From NCBI GenBank assembly GCA_944392665.1, contig CALXXJ010000004.1:2478-66477 (forward strand): DNA of 64,000 nucleotides, in the 5' to 3' direction. The position numbers and the translations under genes are program-made. The stretch comes from an uncultured Clostridia bacterium. Its GTDB lineage: Bacteria; Bacillota; Clostridia; TANB77; CAG-508. The notes beneath the pieces are model-generated. The model was not told where the DNA came from, did not search any database, and saw only the letters and a list, made by a program, of their open reading frames with translations. Within the stretch, counting starts at the first letter, position 1, and every line of letters starts with the position of its first letter. Below, piece after piece: positions 19,319 through 29,504 of this stretch.

Positions 19319-19660
19319 ATGGATAAAAAACTCATTGATCATATATTACAAATTGATGAGCTTGCTAAAAAAAATGTAGCAGAAATGGAAGAAAAAAATA
19401 AAGAAGTAGAAACATATATAAAGCAAGAAATTACAGCTAAAGAGGTTGCTCTCGAGGCAAAATATAAAAAAAATATATTACAATTTCAACAAAATCTTGA
19501 AGATTCTTTTGCCAAAAAAGAAAAAGAAGTAGAATCAGAAACTTTAGAAAAATTAAACCATAAAAGAAATACATTTGAAGCCATGAAAGAAGAAAATGTA
19601 AATCAAATAATAAATCATATATTAAAAGAGGTGGTTTCAAATAATGAGAACAATGAATAA
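19319..19660 (+). CDS. V/A-type ATPase small coiled-coil stalk subunit (G/H-like)
   Basis: 113-aa Glu/Lys-rich helical protein, first gene of the operon. Assignment by position only. Confidence 0.55.
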   Translation: MDKKLIDHILQIDELAKKNVAEMEEKNKEVETYIKQEITAKEVALEAKYKKNILQFQQNLEDSFAKKEKEVESETLEKLNHKRNTFEAMKEENVNQIINHILKEVVSNNENNE

Positions 19661-20603
19661 TCCTGGTTTAAATGCAAAATTAAAAGCAATGTATGCACAA
19701 AAATTGAAAAAAGAGGATTTAGAAGATCTAATAAAACAAAATAATTTAACTGATGCAATTATCCTTCTAAAATCTAAATTACCTGAGTTAGATAATTTAT
19801 CTGATAATGCAAAAAGAATGGAATTAGAAACAGCATTAGATACACTTTTAATATATGATATTCAAAAAATTCTTAAGTATTTGCATGGTGCAAACAAAGA
19901 AATATTTACACAATATATTATAAAATACAAAATAGAAACTATTAAAAAGCTATACGAAAACATAGATAGTCCAAAAGTAAAAACGATACAAAGTAATGAT
20001 TGGATTGAACATATATTTACAGATTTAAAAGTTCTATATACAGCCACTAGTAAAGAAGATTTTATTGATAAAATTCCTGATAAAAATATAAAATCAATTT
20101 TTGAAAATAGTCACACAGATTTTGAAAGAGAAAATACATTAGATAAATATTATTTTGAAAACTTATTCAAAACAGTAAAAGGGAAAAATAAAAAAATAGA
20201 AACATTATTAAATATAAGAATTGACTCATTAAATATCCTTTGGACATATCGATGTAAAAAATATTATGGAATTGTCAATCAAGATATATTAATTCCTCAT
20301 TTTTACAAAATCGATTTAAATACCATTCAAAAAATTGAAAATGCGAACACCCGAGAGGATTTAAATCAAGCTTTAGCTGGTACTATTTATCAAAATATGA
20401 TTGGTACACATATTGAAAGTGATATTAAAAAATATGTATATCAAAAAAGTAAAAAAGCATTTAGAAATGAACTATTAGATTTAAGCATGATTATTAGCTA
20501 TTTTAAAATATTAGAAACAGAAAAAGAAAATATTGTAACCATTATAGAAGGCATTAGATATAAAATGTCTAAGCCAAGTATCGAAAGTAAAATTATTATA
20601 TAA
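19644..20603 (+). CDS. ntpC: V/A-type ATPase subunit C (d-type)
   Basis: 319 aa, helical, N-terminal ..GLNAKLKAMYAQKLKKEDLEDLI.. like the subunit C start. Position in operon. Confidence 0.7.
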   Translation: MRTMNNPGLNAKLKAMYAQKLKKEDLEDLIKQNNLTDAIILLKSKLPELDNLSDNAKRMELETALDTLLIYDIQKILKYLHGANKEIFTQYIIKYKIETIKKLYENIDSPKVKTIQSNDWIEHIFTDLKVLYTATSKEDFIDKIPDKNIKSIFENSHTDFERENTLDKYYFENLFKTVKGKNKKIETLLNIRIDSLNILWTYRCKKYYGIVNQDILIPHFYKIDLNTIQKIENANTREDLNQALAGTIYQNMIGTHIESDIKKYVYQKSKKAFRNELLDLSMIISYFKILETEKENIVTIIEGIRYKMSKPSIESKIII

Positions 20604-20612
20604 ACAAAAGAG

Positions 20613-22499
20613 GTGAAAATTTTGGCTATAGAAAGAATGAAATTTTTAAGCATGACTGGTAAAGAAGAACATTTAGATTTTATTATCGCCAATGATTTAA
20701 TCGGTTCTGGCTTTCAACCAGAAAATGCTTTAAAAGTTTTAGAAAAAGGTTGGAAACTTACATATTTTTCATATGATTCTCGTATAAAAGAATATATCAA
20801 AAAAGCCGAAAATTTACTAAAGAAATTGGATATACATTATGAGGAAAAGTCAGTTGAATTAACACAAAATTTTGATGCCCTCAAGCAATTTATAGAAACT
20901 TCTGAATCAAAAATAAACAATGTATATCAAGAAATTGCAGAAAAGAAAAAAGAAATAGAAGAATTAAATACGAGTATTATTCCGATTGAACATCTTAAGA
21001 ATTTTCCAGAAACATTAGAAAATTTATACAATTTAAGATACATGTCGTTTCGATTTGGTGTATTTTCTTTAGAAAATTATGATGAGCTTTGTAAAGAATT
21101 AGAACATATAGATGCCATTTTATTAGAATTGGATAAAACCGAAGATGAAGTTTGGGTAGTATATTTTACACCTAAAGCTCTGTCTGAAAAAGTAGATAGC
21201 TATTTTAAAGTAATGAAATTTAAAAGAATTTGGCTTCCAGAAGATTTTAAAGGAATGCCATCAGAAGTAATTACACAAGTAAACACATATATAAAAGAAA
21301 ATCAAACACAAATAGAAAATCAAAAAATAAAACTTTCTGAATTGAGAGAAACCATCGGAAGAGAATTAATCCATACTTATTTACAGTTACAACTTTTAGA
21401 AAAAATAAATAAAGTAAAAAAATATATGGCACATGATAATAAAGGTTCTTTCTATATTGTTGGTTGGATTCCTTATCATAATTTAGAAGCTTTAACAACT
21501 AAATTAAAAAATCATCAAGTAGAATATGTTGTTAAAAGTCATGATGAAGTAGCAAGTACACCACCAACAAAATTGAAAAATAATAAAATTATAAAGCCTT
21601 TTGAATCCATTGTAAAAATGTATGGAACACCAAATTATACAGAAATGGATCCAACATTATTTGTTGCAATAACAGCATTTTTAATGTTTGGTTTCATGTT
21701 TGGAGATGTAGGACAAGGCTTTATTATCGCACTAATTGGCTTTATTCTAATTAAAAAGAAAAAATCTTTAGGTCCTATATTTACAGCCGCAGGAATTTCA
21801 GCAATTTTATTTGGATTCCTGTATGGTAGTATCTTTGGAAAAGAAGATATTATCAAAGGAATCGTACCAAGTCCAATGGACAATATTCAAAACATGTTAG
21901 TTTTTGGAATTGGTAGTGGAGCTATATTAATTTTAATTGCCATGATATTTAATATTAAAAATGGTATTAAAAATAAAGATATTTCACGTGTTCTATTTGA
22001 TAAAAATGGATTAGCTGGATTAATTTTTTATAGTGTTATCTTAATTCTAGTTGTAGGATTATTACAAAATGGAAAAATGATTTTAAGCTTAACAATTACA
22101 TTGGTATTAATTATTATACCTTTACTTCTTATTTTATTTAAAGAAAAAATTGAAAATCTTTTAAATAAAAAGAAAGCAAAAGAAAAAGTATCCATTGTAG
22201 AAAAAATATTTGAACTAATAGAAATGCTTTTAAGTATGGCAAGCAATACAATTTCATTTGTTAGACTAGCGGCTTTTGCCATCAATCATGTTGGTTTATG
22301 TATGGCTGTATATATTTTATCCAATATGTTTGGTAGTACTGGAAGTTTAATAGTTGCTATTATTGGTAATGGTATTGTTATCGTTCTTGAAGGTTTAATT
22401 GTTGCCATTCAAGTATTAAGATTAGAATATTATGAATTATTTAGTAGATTTTATTCTGGAGATGGAAAAGAATATATTCCAATTGAAAATGAAAAATAA
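20613..22499 (+). CDS. ntpI: V/A-type ATPase subunit I (a-type stator)
   Basis: About 625 aa with a cytoplasmic N-half and a C-half of about 7 TM segments carrying SNTISFVRLAAFAINH (essential Arg). Likely start is the TTG at 20622 (AIERMKFLSMTG), 7 nt after AAGAGGTGA. Confidence 0.9.
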   Translation: MKILAIERMKFLSMTGKEEHLDFIIANDLIGSGFQPENALKVLEKGWKLTYFSYDSRIKEYIKKAENLLKKLDIHYEEKSVELTQNFDALKQFIETSESKINNVYQEIAEKKKEIEELNTSIIPIEHLKNFPETLENLYNLRYMSFRFGVFSLENYDELCKELEHIDAILLELDKTEDEVWVVYFTPKALSEKVDSYFKVMKFKRIWLPEDFKGMPSEVITQVNTYIKENQTQIENQKIKLSELRETIGRELIHTYLQLQLLEKINKVKKYMAHDNKGSFYIVGWIPYHNLEALTTKLKNHQVEYVVKSHDEVASTPPTKLKNNKIIKPFESIVKMYGTPNYTEMDPTLFVAITAFLMFGFMFGDVGQGFIIALIGFILIKKKKSLGPIFTAAGISAILFGFLYGSIFGKEDIIKGIVPSPMDNIQNMLVFGIGSGAILILIAMIFNIKNGIKNKDISRVLFDKNGLAGLIFYSVILILVVGLLQNGKMILSLTITLVLIIIPLLLILFKEKIENLLNKKKAKEKVSIVEKIFELIEMLLSMASNTISFVRLAAFAINHVGLCMAVYILSNMFGSTGSLIVAIIGNGIVIVLEGLIVAIQVLRLEYYELFSRFYSGDGKEYIPIENEK

Positions 22500-22537
22500 A
22501 AAAGGGAAAATTGAGTCCGTCCCCAAAATCCCGATTT
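22498..22537 (-). repeat. Copy of the GGGAC-word repeat (type 3) between ntpI and ntpK
   Basis: Reverse complement AAATCGGGATTTTGGGGACGGACTCAATTTTCCCTTTTT, versus 55580-55616 AAAGGGAAATTGGGGACGGACTCATTTTTCCCTTTTT. Confidence 0.7.
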
Positions 22538-22559
22538 GGAGAAAGGAAAGGAATTTGGT

Positions 22560-23063
22560 ATGAGAAAAAAAGTTTTTAATGTAATTTTAATATTTGCTAT
22601 TATTTTTGGAGTTTTAAGTGCAGGTTCTGTTTATGCTGTGAGTACTACAAATTCTTCTGCTAGTGTAAACACTAGTAATGCAAATACAACTTCTTTAGAA
22701 AATACAACTATTAATACTTCATCAGAAAGTATTGTTGGTGAAGAAACCACTAGTCAAGCTGAAACACAAGAACAAACACAAGAACAAACACAAGATCAAG
22801 CACAAACAACTTCTGAGCAAGCAACATCTACTGAAAATGAAGGTTTATCTAACCATGATATGGGATTACTTGCAGCTGCATTAGCAACAGGACTTGCTTG
22901 TATTGGTGCAGGTATTGCTGTTGCCGTTGTTGCTTCTAGTGCCATTGGTGCTATTAGCGAAAATCCTTCTTTATTAGGAAAAACAATTATATTTGCAGGT
23001 TTAGCAGAAGGTATTGCCATCTATGGTTTAATTATATCTATCATGATATTAAATAAAATATAA
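22560..23063 (+). CDS. ntpK: V/A-type ATPase proteolipid (c/K) subunit: single hairpin with N-terminal signal peptide and Ser/Thr/Gln/Glu-rich extension
   Basis: ATG at 22560 after GGAGAAAGGAAAGGA. MRKKVFNVILIFAIIFGVLSAGSVYA (signal-like), about 75 aa of low complexity, then LLAAALATGLACIGAGIAVAVVASSAIGAISENP / GKTIIFAGLAEGIAIYGLIISIMIL with the carboxylate Glu codon at 23007-23009. Confidence 0.8.
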   Translation: MRKKVFNVILIFAIIFGVLSAGSVYAVSTTNSSASVNTSNANTTSLENTTINTSSESIVGEETTSQAETQEQTQEQTQDQAQTTSEQATSTENEGLSNHDMGLLAAALATGLACIGAGIAVAVVASSAIGAISENPSLLGKTIIFAGLAEGIAIYGLIISIMILNKI

Positions 23064-23076
23064 AGGAAGATCTTAA

Positions 23077-23310
23077 TTGAAAATTGTAGGAATATTTAAT
23101 AAAAGAGAAGAAGAAGTTGGTTTTCGATTATCTGGTATGGAAACCAATTTTATTCAAGATAAAACAGAACTTTTAGAATTTTTAAAAGATTTAAATAAAG
23201 ATACAAATGTAGGTATATTAGTCATTAACAATGACATCTATCACTTATTACCCGAAGAATTTGATAAAATAGAACAATCACAATTGCCATTACTATTAAA
23301 ATTAAAGTAA
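23077..23310 (+). CDS. V/A-type ATPase subunit F
   Basis: 77 aa. MKIVGIFNKREEEVGFRLSGMET.. resembles the subunit F N-terminus. TTG start after AAGGAAG. Confidence 0.7.
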   Translation: MKIVGIFNKREEEVGFRLSGMETNFIQDKTELLEFLKDLNKDTNVGILVINNDIYHLLPEEFDKIEQSQLPLLLKLK

Positions 23311-23325
23311 GAGGAGTGTATCATT

Positions 23326-23892
23326 TTGAGTATAGATGAAAAGTTAAAAAAGTTTCAAGATACTTGTTTAGAAATATCTGAAAATGATAAGAAAAACTTG
23401 CAAGCTGAATTAGATACAAAAGCAAAAAGTAAAATAGAAAAAGAATTATCTATTTTCGAACAAAAACTTGAAACTAAATTTGAAAAAGAAAAAATACAAT
23501 TAGAAAAAGAATATAATAAAAAAATAATTCATATAGAATTTAATGCCAAGAAACAATTATTAGATGAAGAAGCACAAGAAAAACAACAACTTTTTAAAGA
23601 ATGTGTTCGAAAATTAGAGGATTATACTTCTACAGAAGAGTATATTCATCTTCTTGGACAAATTCTTGAAAATACAATGTCTTATTTAGAGAATCGCTCA
23701 AATATAACGATTTGCTTGACAAATAGAGATGCTCAAAAAGTAGATTTTAAAAATTATGGAAATATTGAAATCATAGAAGATGCATATATTGGTGGACTTA
23801 TATTAAAAAATGAAAATATGCTGATCGATAATACATTTTTAACAAATTTAAAGGAGAAACTATATGGAACCAAAGAAAATAACGAAAATTAA
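23326..23892 (+). CDS. ntpE: V/A-type ATPase subunit E
   Basis: 188 aa. Long N-terminal Glu/Lys helix plus globular C-terminus (..YIGGLILKNENMLIDNTF..). Position before A. Confidence 0.7.
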   Translation: MSIDEKLKKFQDTCLEISENDKKNLQAELDTKAKSKIEKELSIFEQKLETKFEKEKIQLEKEYNKKIIHIEFNAKKQLLDEEAQEKQQLFKECVRKLEDYTSTEEYIHLLGQILENTMSYLENRSNITICLTNRDAQKVDFKNYGNIEIIEDAYIGGLILKNENMLIDNTFLTNLKEKLYGTKENNEN

Positions 23893-25636
23893 TGGACCTG
23901 TTATCATTGCAACTGGTGATGAAAGTTTTGCAATGCATGATATGGTATATATCGGTGTTCATAGATTATTAGGTGAAGTCATTAAATTAGATGGAAAAAG
24001 TGCCACAATTCAATGTTATGAAGATACTTCTGGCATGAAGATTGGTGAAGAAGTCATAACCACTAATGCCCCTTTATCTTTAAGTTTAGGACCAGGAATG
24101 ATTGGCAGTGTATATGATGGTATACAAAGACCTTTGAAGATGTTAGAAGAAATATCTGGTCCTTTTATCAAAAAAGGTGTCCAAATTTCTTCATTAGATG
24201 AACAAAAAAAATGGCATTTTACTCCTACAGTATCTATCGAAGATACTGTAGAATATAATTTCATTCTTGGTACTGTAAAAGAAACGGAAAGTATTACACA
24301 TAAAATATTATACCCAAATCACCAAAGTGCAAAAATCTTGGAAATCGCTCCTGAAGGAGACTATTGTATCAATGACACAATTGCAAAAGTCCAATTTCCA
24401 GATGGGCAAACTCTAGAACTTACCATGGTTCAAAAATGGCCTGTCAGAACTCCAAGACCTTATAAACAAAGATTGCAAGCCAATATTCCTTTGCTTACTG
24501 GTCAAAGAGTCATTGACTCTATATTTCCTATTACCAAAGGTGGTACTGCAACCATTCCTGGTGGTTTTGGAACAGGTAAGACCATGTTACAACATCAATT
24601 AGCAAAATGGTGTGATGCTGATATTATTGTATATATTGGTTGTGGTGAAAGAGGAAATGAAATGACACAAGTACTAGAAGATTTTCCTAAACTAACAGAC
24701 CCTAGAACTGGTAGGCCTTTAATGGAAAGAACGATATTAATTGCTAATACTTCCAATATGCCTGTTGCTGCCAGAGAAGCCTCTATCTATACAGGAATTA
24801 CCATTGCAGAATATTATAGAGATATGGGATATCAAGTAGCAATTATGGCTGACTCAACATCCAGATGGGCTGAAGCTTTAAGAGAAATTTCTGGTAGATT
24901 AGAGGAAATGCCAGCAGAAGAAGGCTTTCCTTCATATTTACCTTCAAGACTTTCTGAATTTTATGGAAGAGCTGGTAGAACCTTAAATCATAATGGAACA
25001 GATGGTTCTGTTACTATTATTGGTGCCGTGTCTCCACAAGGTTCAGACTTTTCAGAACCAGTTACGCAAAATACAAGAAGATTTGTCCATGTATTTTGGG
25101 GACTAGATAGAGATTTAGCATATTCTAGACATTATCCTGCCATTAATTGGATGATTAGTTATAGTGAATATATTTCTAATTTAGAAAATTGGTATGATAA
25201 AAATGCAGAAGAAGATTTTTTAGTATATAGAAATAAAATTGTCAAATTGTTAAATGAAGAAAATGAATTACAAGAAATTGCTAAAGTTGTTGGACAAGAT
25301 GTATTATCAGATTCTAAAAAATTAATTTTGGAAATTTGCAAATGTATCAGAGAAGGATTTTTACAACAAAATGCCAATTCTGAAATTGATACTTATGTAC
25401 CTTTATTAAAACAATATAAAATGATAAAATTAATTGTGTCTATATACGAAGCTTCAGATACCCTTATCAACAAGGGCATCCCTATGTCTAAAATTAAAGA
25501 AATTGGATTTTTTGAGACTTATCCAAAAATAAAAAATGAAGTTGCGAATATTGAAATGGCAAAAATAGATGAAATGGAAGAACAATATTTAGATAGTTTA
25601 GACAAAATAGCAGAAGAATATAAAGAAGTATTATAG
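23864..25636 (+). CDS. ntpA: V/A-type ATPase catalytic subunit A
   Basis: 590 aa. Walker [10 protein letters not shown]. ..[13 protein letters not shown].., ..[31 protein letters not shown].. Confidence 0.97.
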   Translation: MEPKKITKINGPVIIATGDESFAMHDMVYIGVHRLLGEVIKLDGKSATIQCYEDTSGMKIGEEVITTNAPLSLSLGPGMIGSVYDGIQRPLKMLEEISGPFIKKGVQISSLDEQKKWHFTPTVSIEDTVEYNFILGTVKETESITHKILYPNHQSAKILEIAPEGDYCINDTIAKVQFPDGQTLELTMVQKWPVRTPRPYKQRLQANIPLLTGQRVIDSIFPITKGGTATIPGGFGTGKTMLQHQLAKWCDADIIVYIGCGERGNEMTQVLEDFPKLTDPRTGRPLMERTILIANTSNMPVAAREASIYTGITIAEYYRDMGYQVAIMADSTSRWAEALREISGRLEEMPAEEGFPSYLPSRLSEFYGRAGRTLNHNGTDGSVTIIGAVSPQGSDFSEPVTQNTRRFVHVFWGLDRDLAYSRHYPAINWMISYSEYISNLENWYDKNAEEDFLVYRNKIVKLLNEENELQEIAKVVGQDVLSDSKKLILEICKCIREGFLQQNANSEIDTYVPLLKQYKMIKLIVSIYEASDTLINKGIPMSKIKEIGFFETYPKIKNEVANIEMAKIDEMEEQYLDSLDKIAEEYKEVL

Positions 25637-25641
25637 AAAGG

Positions 25642-26988
25642 ATGAAAAATAAGTGGATATTCAATATATTCGGATTAGAAAGCATAAATGGTCCTATTGT
25701 ATATTTAAAAACCCCTAAAAACATCATGTTTAATGAACAAGTAGAGTTCATCTTACCAAATAATGAAACACGTTTGGGAAATGTTATTTGTATAGATGAG
25801 AATGTTACAATGATACAAGTATATGAAGGGACAAATGGAATTAGACTAGACAAAACAAAAACCATATTAAAAGGAAAACCATTAAGTATAAAACTATCAG
25901 AAGATATGTTAGGTAGAATTTTTGATGGAACAGGAAAACCGATTGATGGCTTAGGCGAAATCCATTCTGACATTGAAAGAGATATTAATGGTAGTAGTAT
26001 AAATCCTATTTCTAGAGAATATCCAAGAAATTATATCGAAACAGGTATTTCTAGTATTGATGGATTAATGACTTTAATTAGAGGTCAAAAATTGCCTATA
26101 TTCTCTGGTAGTGGAATTAATCATAATGAACTCGCCAATAAAATTATTACAGATTCTAATATTGGAAAAGAAGAGAAATTTGCGATTTGCTTTGGATTAA
26201 TGGGTGCAGAATTTGAGACAGCTGAATACTTCAAAAATAGTTTAAAAGAAAACGGATCTCTTTCTAAAGTCGTTATGTTTCAAAATCTTTCTAATGATCC
26301 AAGTATAGAAAGAATTTTGACACCAAAAGTTACTTTGACTTGTGCAGAATATTTAGCTTTTGATTTAGGATATCATGTATTAGTTATTCTAACAGATATG
26401 ACCGCTTATGCTGAAAGTTTAAGAGAAGTTTCTACTTTAAAAGGTGAAATTCCAAGTAGAAAAGGTTACCCTGGATATCTATATAGTGATTTAGCTTCTA
26501 TCTATGAAAGAGCCGGTATGATAAAAGGAAAATCAGGTTCTATTACAGAAATCCCAATACTTACCATGCCAAATGATGATATTTCACACCCTATTCCAGA
26601 TTTAACAGGATATATAACAGAAGGACAAATTGTACTTTCTAGGGATTTGTATCAAAAAGGAATCGTTCCTCCTGTTGACATTTTAAATTCTTTATCAAGA
26701 CTCATGAAAGATGGTATTGGTGAAAAATATACGAGAAAAGACCATGCAAAAATTTCTGACCAAATTTTTGCTTCTTATTCTAAAGCTCAAGATGTAAGAG
26801 CCTTAGCAAAAGTTTTAGGTGAAAATGATTTAAATGATTTGGATAAGCAATACCTAGCATTTGCAAATACATTCGAAGAAAAATTCATCAATCAAAAACA
26901 AGATGAAAGAAGAACAATTAATGAAACTTTAGACTTAGCTCTAAATATTTTAAATATCCTGCCAAAAGAAGAATTGACAAAACTATAG
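25642..26988 (+). CDS. ntpB: V/A-type ATPase subunit B
   Basis: 448 aa. ..[43 protein letters not shown].. ..[30 protein letters not shown].. Confidence 0.97.
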   Translation: MKNKWIFNIFGLESINGPIVYLKTPKNIMFNEQVEFILPNNETRLGNVICIDENVTMIQVYEGTNGIRLDKTKTILKGKPLSIKLSEDMLGRIFDGTGKPIDGLGEIHSDIERDINGSSINPISREYPRNYIETGISSIDGLMTLIRGQKLPIFSGSGINHNELANKIITDSNIGKEEKFAICFGLMGAEFETAEYFKNSLKENGSLSKVVMFQNLSNDPSIERILTPKVTLTCAEYLAFDLGYHVLVILTDMTAYAESLREVSTLKGEIPSRKGYPGYLYSDLASIYERAGMIKGKSGSITEIPILTMPNDDISHPIPDLTGYITEGQIVLSRDLYQKGIVPPVDILNSLSRLMKDGIGEKYTRKDHAKISDQIFASYSKAQDVRALAKVLGENDLNDLDKQYLAFANTFEEKFINQKQDERRTINETLDLALNILNILPKEELTKL

Positions 26989-27061
26989 TAGAATTCTCAT
27001 TTAAAAACAATTATGAATTTGTCTCTAGCAAATTGTAGTTTAGAAAGGAATAGAATAATTT

Positions 27062-27682
27062 ATGAGTACACTTCTTCCAACAAAAAGTAATTTAATCAAA
27101 TTAAAAAAAACAATTGCTTTATCTAAACAAGGGCAAAAACTTTTAGAAAAGAAAAAATATATTCTTGAAAACGAAAAAGAAAAATATATTTCTCAAAAAA
27201 AGGAATTAGAAGAAACCTTTCATAAGCAATATGAAAAAGCATTTCTTGCTTTGCAAAATGCAAATGTTGATATGGGAATCAATAAAGTCAATATGATTTC
27301 TCATACCATTGAAATTGATAATCAATTAGATATAAAGTACAAAACAATTATGGGTGTAGAAATACCACTAATTTCTTATACTAGTTCTTCTAATCCAGAT
27401 TTAACATTTGGTTTACTTAGAACAACAATTAGTATTGATGAAGCAATTGTAGAATTTCAAAATGTAAAAGAAATGATGGTTGATTTAGCTCGTTTAGAAA
27501 TTACCATCTCTAGATTAGATTCTGCTATACAAAAGGTTCAGAAAAGGTCTAATTCTCTAAAAGATATTATTATTCCTAATTATGAAAAGGATGAGAAAAG
27601 AATACAGGATATCTTAGAGGAAAGAGACAGGGAAGAGTTTGTAAGGATGAAAATGATAAAGAAAAATTCATTCCATCAGTAA
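27062..27682 (+). CDS. ntpD: V/A-type ATPase subunit D
   Basis: 206 aa. MSTLLPTKSNLIKLKKTIALSKQGQKLLEKKKYIL.. is the typical subunit D N-terminus. Confidence 0.9.
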   Translation: MSTLLPTKSNLIKLKKTIALSKQGQKLLEKKKYILENEKEKYISQKKELEETFHKQYEKAFLALQNANVDMGINKVNMISHTIEIDNQLDIKYKTIMGVEIPLISYTSSSNPDLTFGLLRTTISIDEAIVEFQNVKEMMVDLARLEITISRLDSAIQKVQKRSNSLKDIIIPNYEKDEKRIQDILEERDREEFVRMKMIKKNSFHQ

Positions 27683-27688
27683 AAAATT

Positions 27689-27710
27689 AAGAGACTTGAA
27701 AAAGTCTCTT
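27689..27710 (+). terminator. Operon terminator hairpin
   Basis: AAGAGACTT GAAA AAGTCTCTT, followed by ATTTG; the T-tract is weak. Confidence 0.6.
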
Positions 27711-27823
27711 ATTTGCTATATATGAAGTTTAATTTTATTCGATAATATTACATAAAACGTCAAATCAAAAAAAAAAACTAATAAGATTTAACATGATATT
27801 TTATTTTTTCCTAATTTATGTTA

Positions 27824-27979
27824 TTATATAGTTAAAAAGCTATTATCATTGTATAGAATAGCATAAGTTTCCGCATAGGTAAGTGTGCTCCCCTCAATAG
27901 CATTTGAATGATATGTACTTCTTGTAATGAAATCTTCTAAATATTCTTTTTTACTTAAAATAAATTCTAAAATCCTCAT
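27824..27979 (-). pseudogene. Remnant (first 51 codons) of a Fic/DOC-family gene
   Basis: AAGGAGAAACAAAACA-ATG at 27979. MRILEFILSKKEYLEDFITRSTYHSNAIEGSTLTYAETYAILYNDNSFLTI*. HSNAIEGSTLT is the N-terminal (S/T)xxxE(G/N) region of Fic proteins. No HPFxxGNGR core follows. Confidence 0.55.
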
Positions 27980-28053
27980 TGTTTTGTTTCTCCTTATATA
28001 TAATTACAAGAAATAAAAAAGAACTTGACTATCATCAGCCCAGTTCTTTCTTC

Positions 28054-28129
28054 TGGTCGAGGTGACAGGGATCGAACCTGCGACCTCATGGTCCCAAACC
28101 ACGCGCGCTACCAACTGCGCTACACCTCG
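28054..28129 (-). tRNA. tRNA-Pro (anticodon TGG)
   Basis: Reverse complement CGAGGTGTAGCGCAGTTGGTAGCGCGCGTGGTTTGGGACCATGAGGTCGCAGGTTCGATCCCTGTCACCTCGACCA. Anticodon loop TTTGGGA. Confidence 0.95.
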
Positions 28130-28148
28130 ATTTATTTCATGCTTATAT

Positions 28149-28177
28149 ATAATAGCATATTTTTTTCTAGTTTGCAA
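28149..28177 (-). promoter_or_regulatory. Sigma-A promoter for tRNA-Pro
   Basis: Minus strand: TTGCAA, 17 nt, TATTAT. The tRNA 5' end lies about 20 nt downstream. Confidence 0.7.
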
Positions 28178-28266
28178 GTGTTTTTTATATTTTTTTAATG
28201 TTTTCATGTAAATTACTTTATAAATACTATTTTTTGCAATAATAATTATAAAATAATCAAAAACTC

Positions 28267-28295
28267 TTGTAAAATTAACGATAAACCGTTATAAT
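28267..28295 (+). promoter_or_regulatory. Sigma-A promoter for tRNA-Arg
   Basis: TTGTAA (28267-28272), 17 nt, TATAAT (28290-28295). The tRNA starts at 28305. Confidence 0.8.
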
Positions 28296-28304
28296 ATTAG
28301 GTAT

Positions 28305-28381
<77 letters not shown>

Positions 28382-28385
28382 TTAG

Positions 28386-28428
28386 AAGTTCTTAAATTGT
28401 CTTTGCAAGTAATTTAAGAACTTTTTTA
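28386..28428 (+). terminator. Rho-independent terminator after tRNA-Arg
   Basis: AAGTTCTTAAATT / AATTTAAGAACTT stem with a 12-nt loop, then TTTTT. Confidence 0.85.
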
Positions 28429-28525
28429 TAAAACTTGCACCCAAATACCTTTTTTAAGTTATCTTATATATAGGAGAAAATATATAAATAATTTGAAATA
28501 CTAAATATTTATAGGGGATTTTTAA

Positions 28526-29489
28526 ATGTTAAAATTAATCAAAAATGAATTAGTAAAAATATTTAAGCGAAAAAATATATACATATTATTCATTATTCGG
28601 CATTCTCATTATTGTCGGCTACAATTTATTTCAAAGATTTACCACTTCAAATGTAGATATTAGTACTCAATATAAAAGAGCATATAATACTGATACATTC
28701 TTTTTAGAAAATTATAATGAACTAAATCTTGATGAAGAATATGAAAATATTGTTGAAAGAATAGAATTAGAAAAATATGCTATTGAAAATAATATTGAAT
28801 ATAATATCTTATTAAATTCTCAAAATAGTAATGCTCCTATCCCATTAGATGCTAGAATTTTATTAATGAAAATATTTGATAATTTTGATATTATTATTAT
28901 TTTCATTATCATTTATTTGTCATGTACTATTATCTCTGAGGAATTTCATAATGGTACAATTAAAAATCTATTAACTAAACCTCATTCGAGAATAAAAATA
29001 TTATTATCTAAAATACTAACAAATATATTGATTATCATACTAACAATAACATTCTTGTTAATTTTTCAATATATACTTGGAGGATTATTGTTTGGATTTG
29101 AAAGTTATTCATTAGAGGCTATAAGATATAATCATTTTTCACAATCTATAGAAACTATGAATTTATTACAATATATGTTAACAGTGACTTTGGCAAAATT
29201 GCCTATGTACTTATTACTAAGTTGCATAAGTTTATTATTTGGCATTATTACTACCAACATAGCCTTAAATATATTAATTTCTTTAGGATTATACATTATA
29301 TCCACCATAAAATTTCTAATTAATAATATTACTCAATATCTATTTATTTATCATTGGGATATAAGTAAATATCTTTTTACTACTGATATATTAATAAAAC
29401 AATCTATCGTCATTTCTTCTATAAGTTTATTATTAATATTTTCATTACTGATGATTATATTCGAAAACAAAGATATTAAAAATATTTAA
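28526..29489 (+). pseudogene. ABC-2-type permease (paralogue of 30403..31899, shorter) with one +1 frame break at an in-frame CGG
   Basis: ATG at 28526 (MLKLIKNELVKIFKRKNIYILFII) runs into CGG at 28598-28600. Skipping the C continues GILIIVGYNLFQRF.. into ORF 28866..29489. Colinear with MRIKLIKLIKSELIKIFKRKSIYFLLFLSIIAIIVYN of the paralogue. 964 nt minus 1 gives 321 codons. Confidence 0.8.
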
Positions 29490-29504
29490 AAAAGGGGATT
29501 TCTA

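Noticed and set aside
22764-22811. 12-nt tandem repeat (ACACAAGAACAA, about 3.5 copies)
   Set aside because: It is not an independent element. It is in frame inside ntpK and encodes the TQEQ low-complexity tail (noted under the ntpK finding).
25494-25973. Antisense ORFs of 60-160 aa inside long genes (for example 25494..25973, 40385..40624, 41962..42306, 48218..48688, 52514..52957, 4546..4929, 15000..15407, 57466..57774)
   Set aside because: Stop-poor antisense frames like these are expected in AT-rich coding DNA. All are Phe/Ser/Leu/Ile-rich, lack an RBS, and lie within genes with strong motif support.
28004-28207. 67-aa minus-strand ORF in the track
   Set aside because: It is read straight through tRNA-Pro (28054-28129) and its promoter, so it is an artefact of the tRNA sequence.
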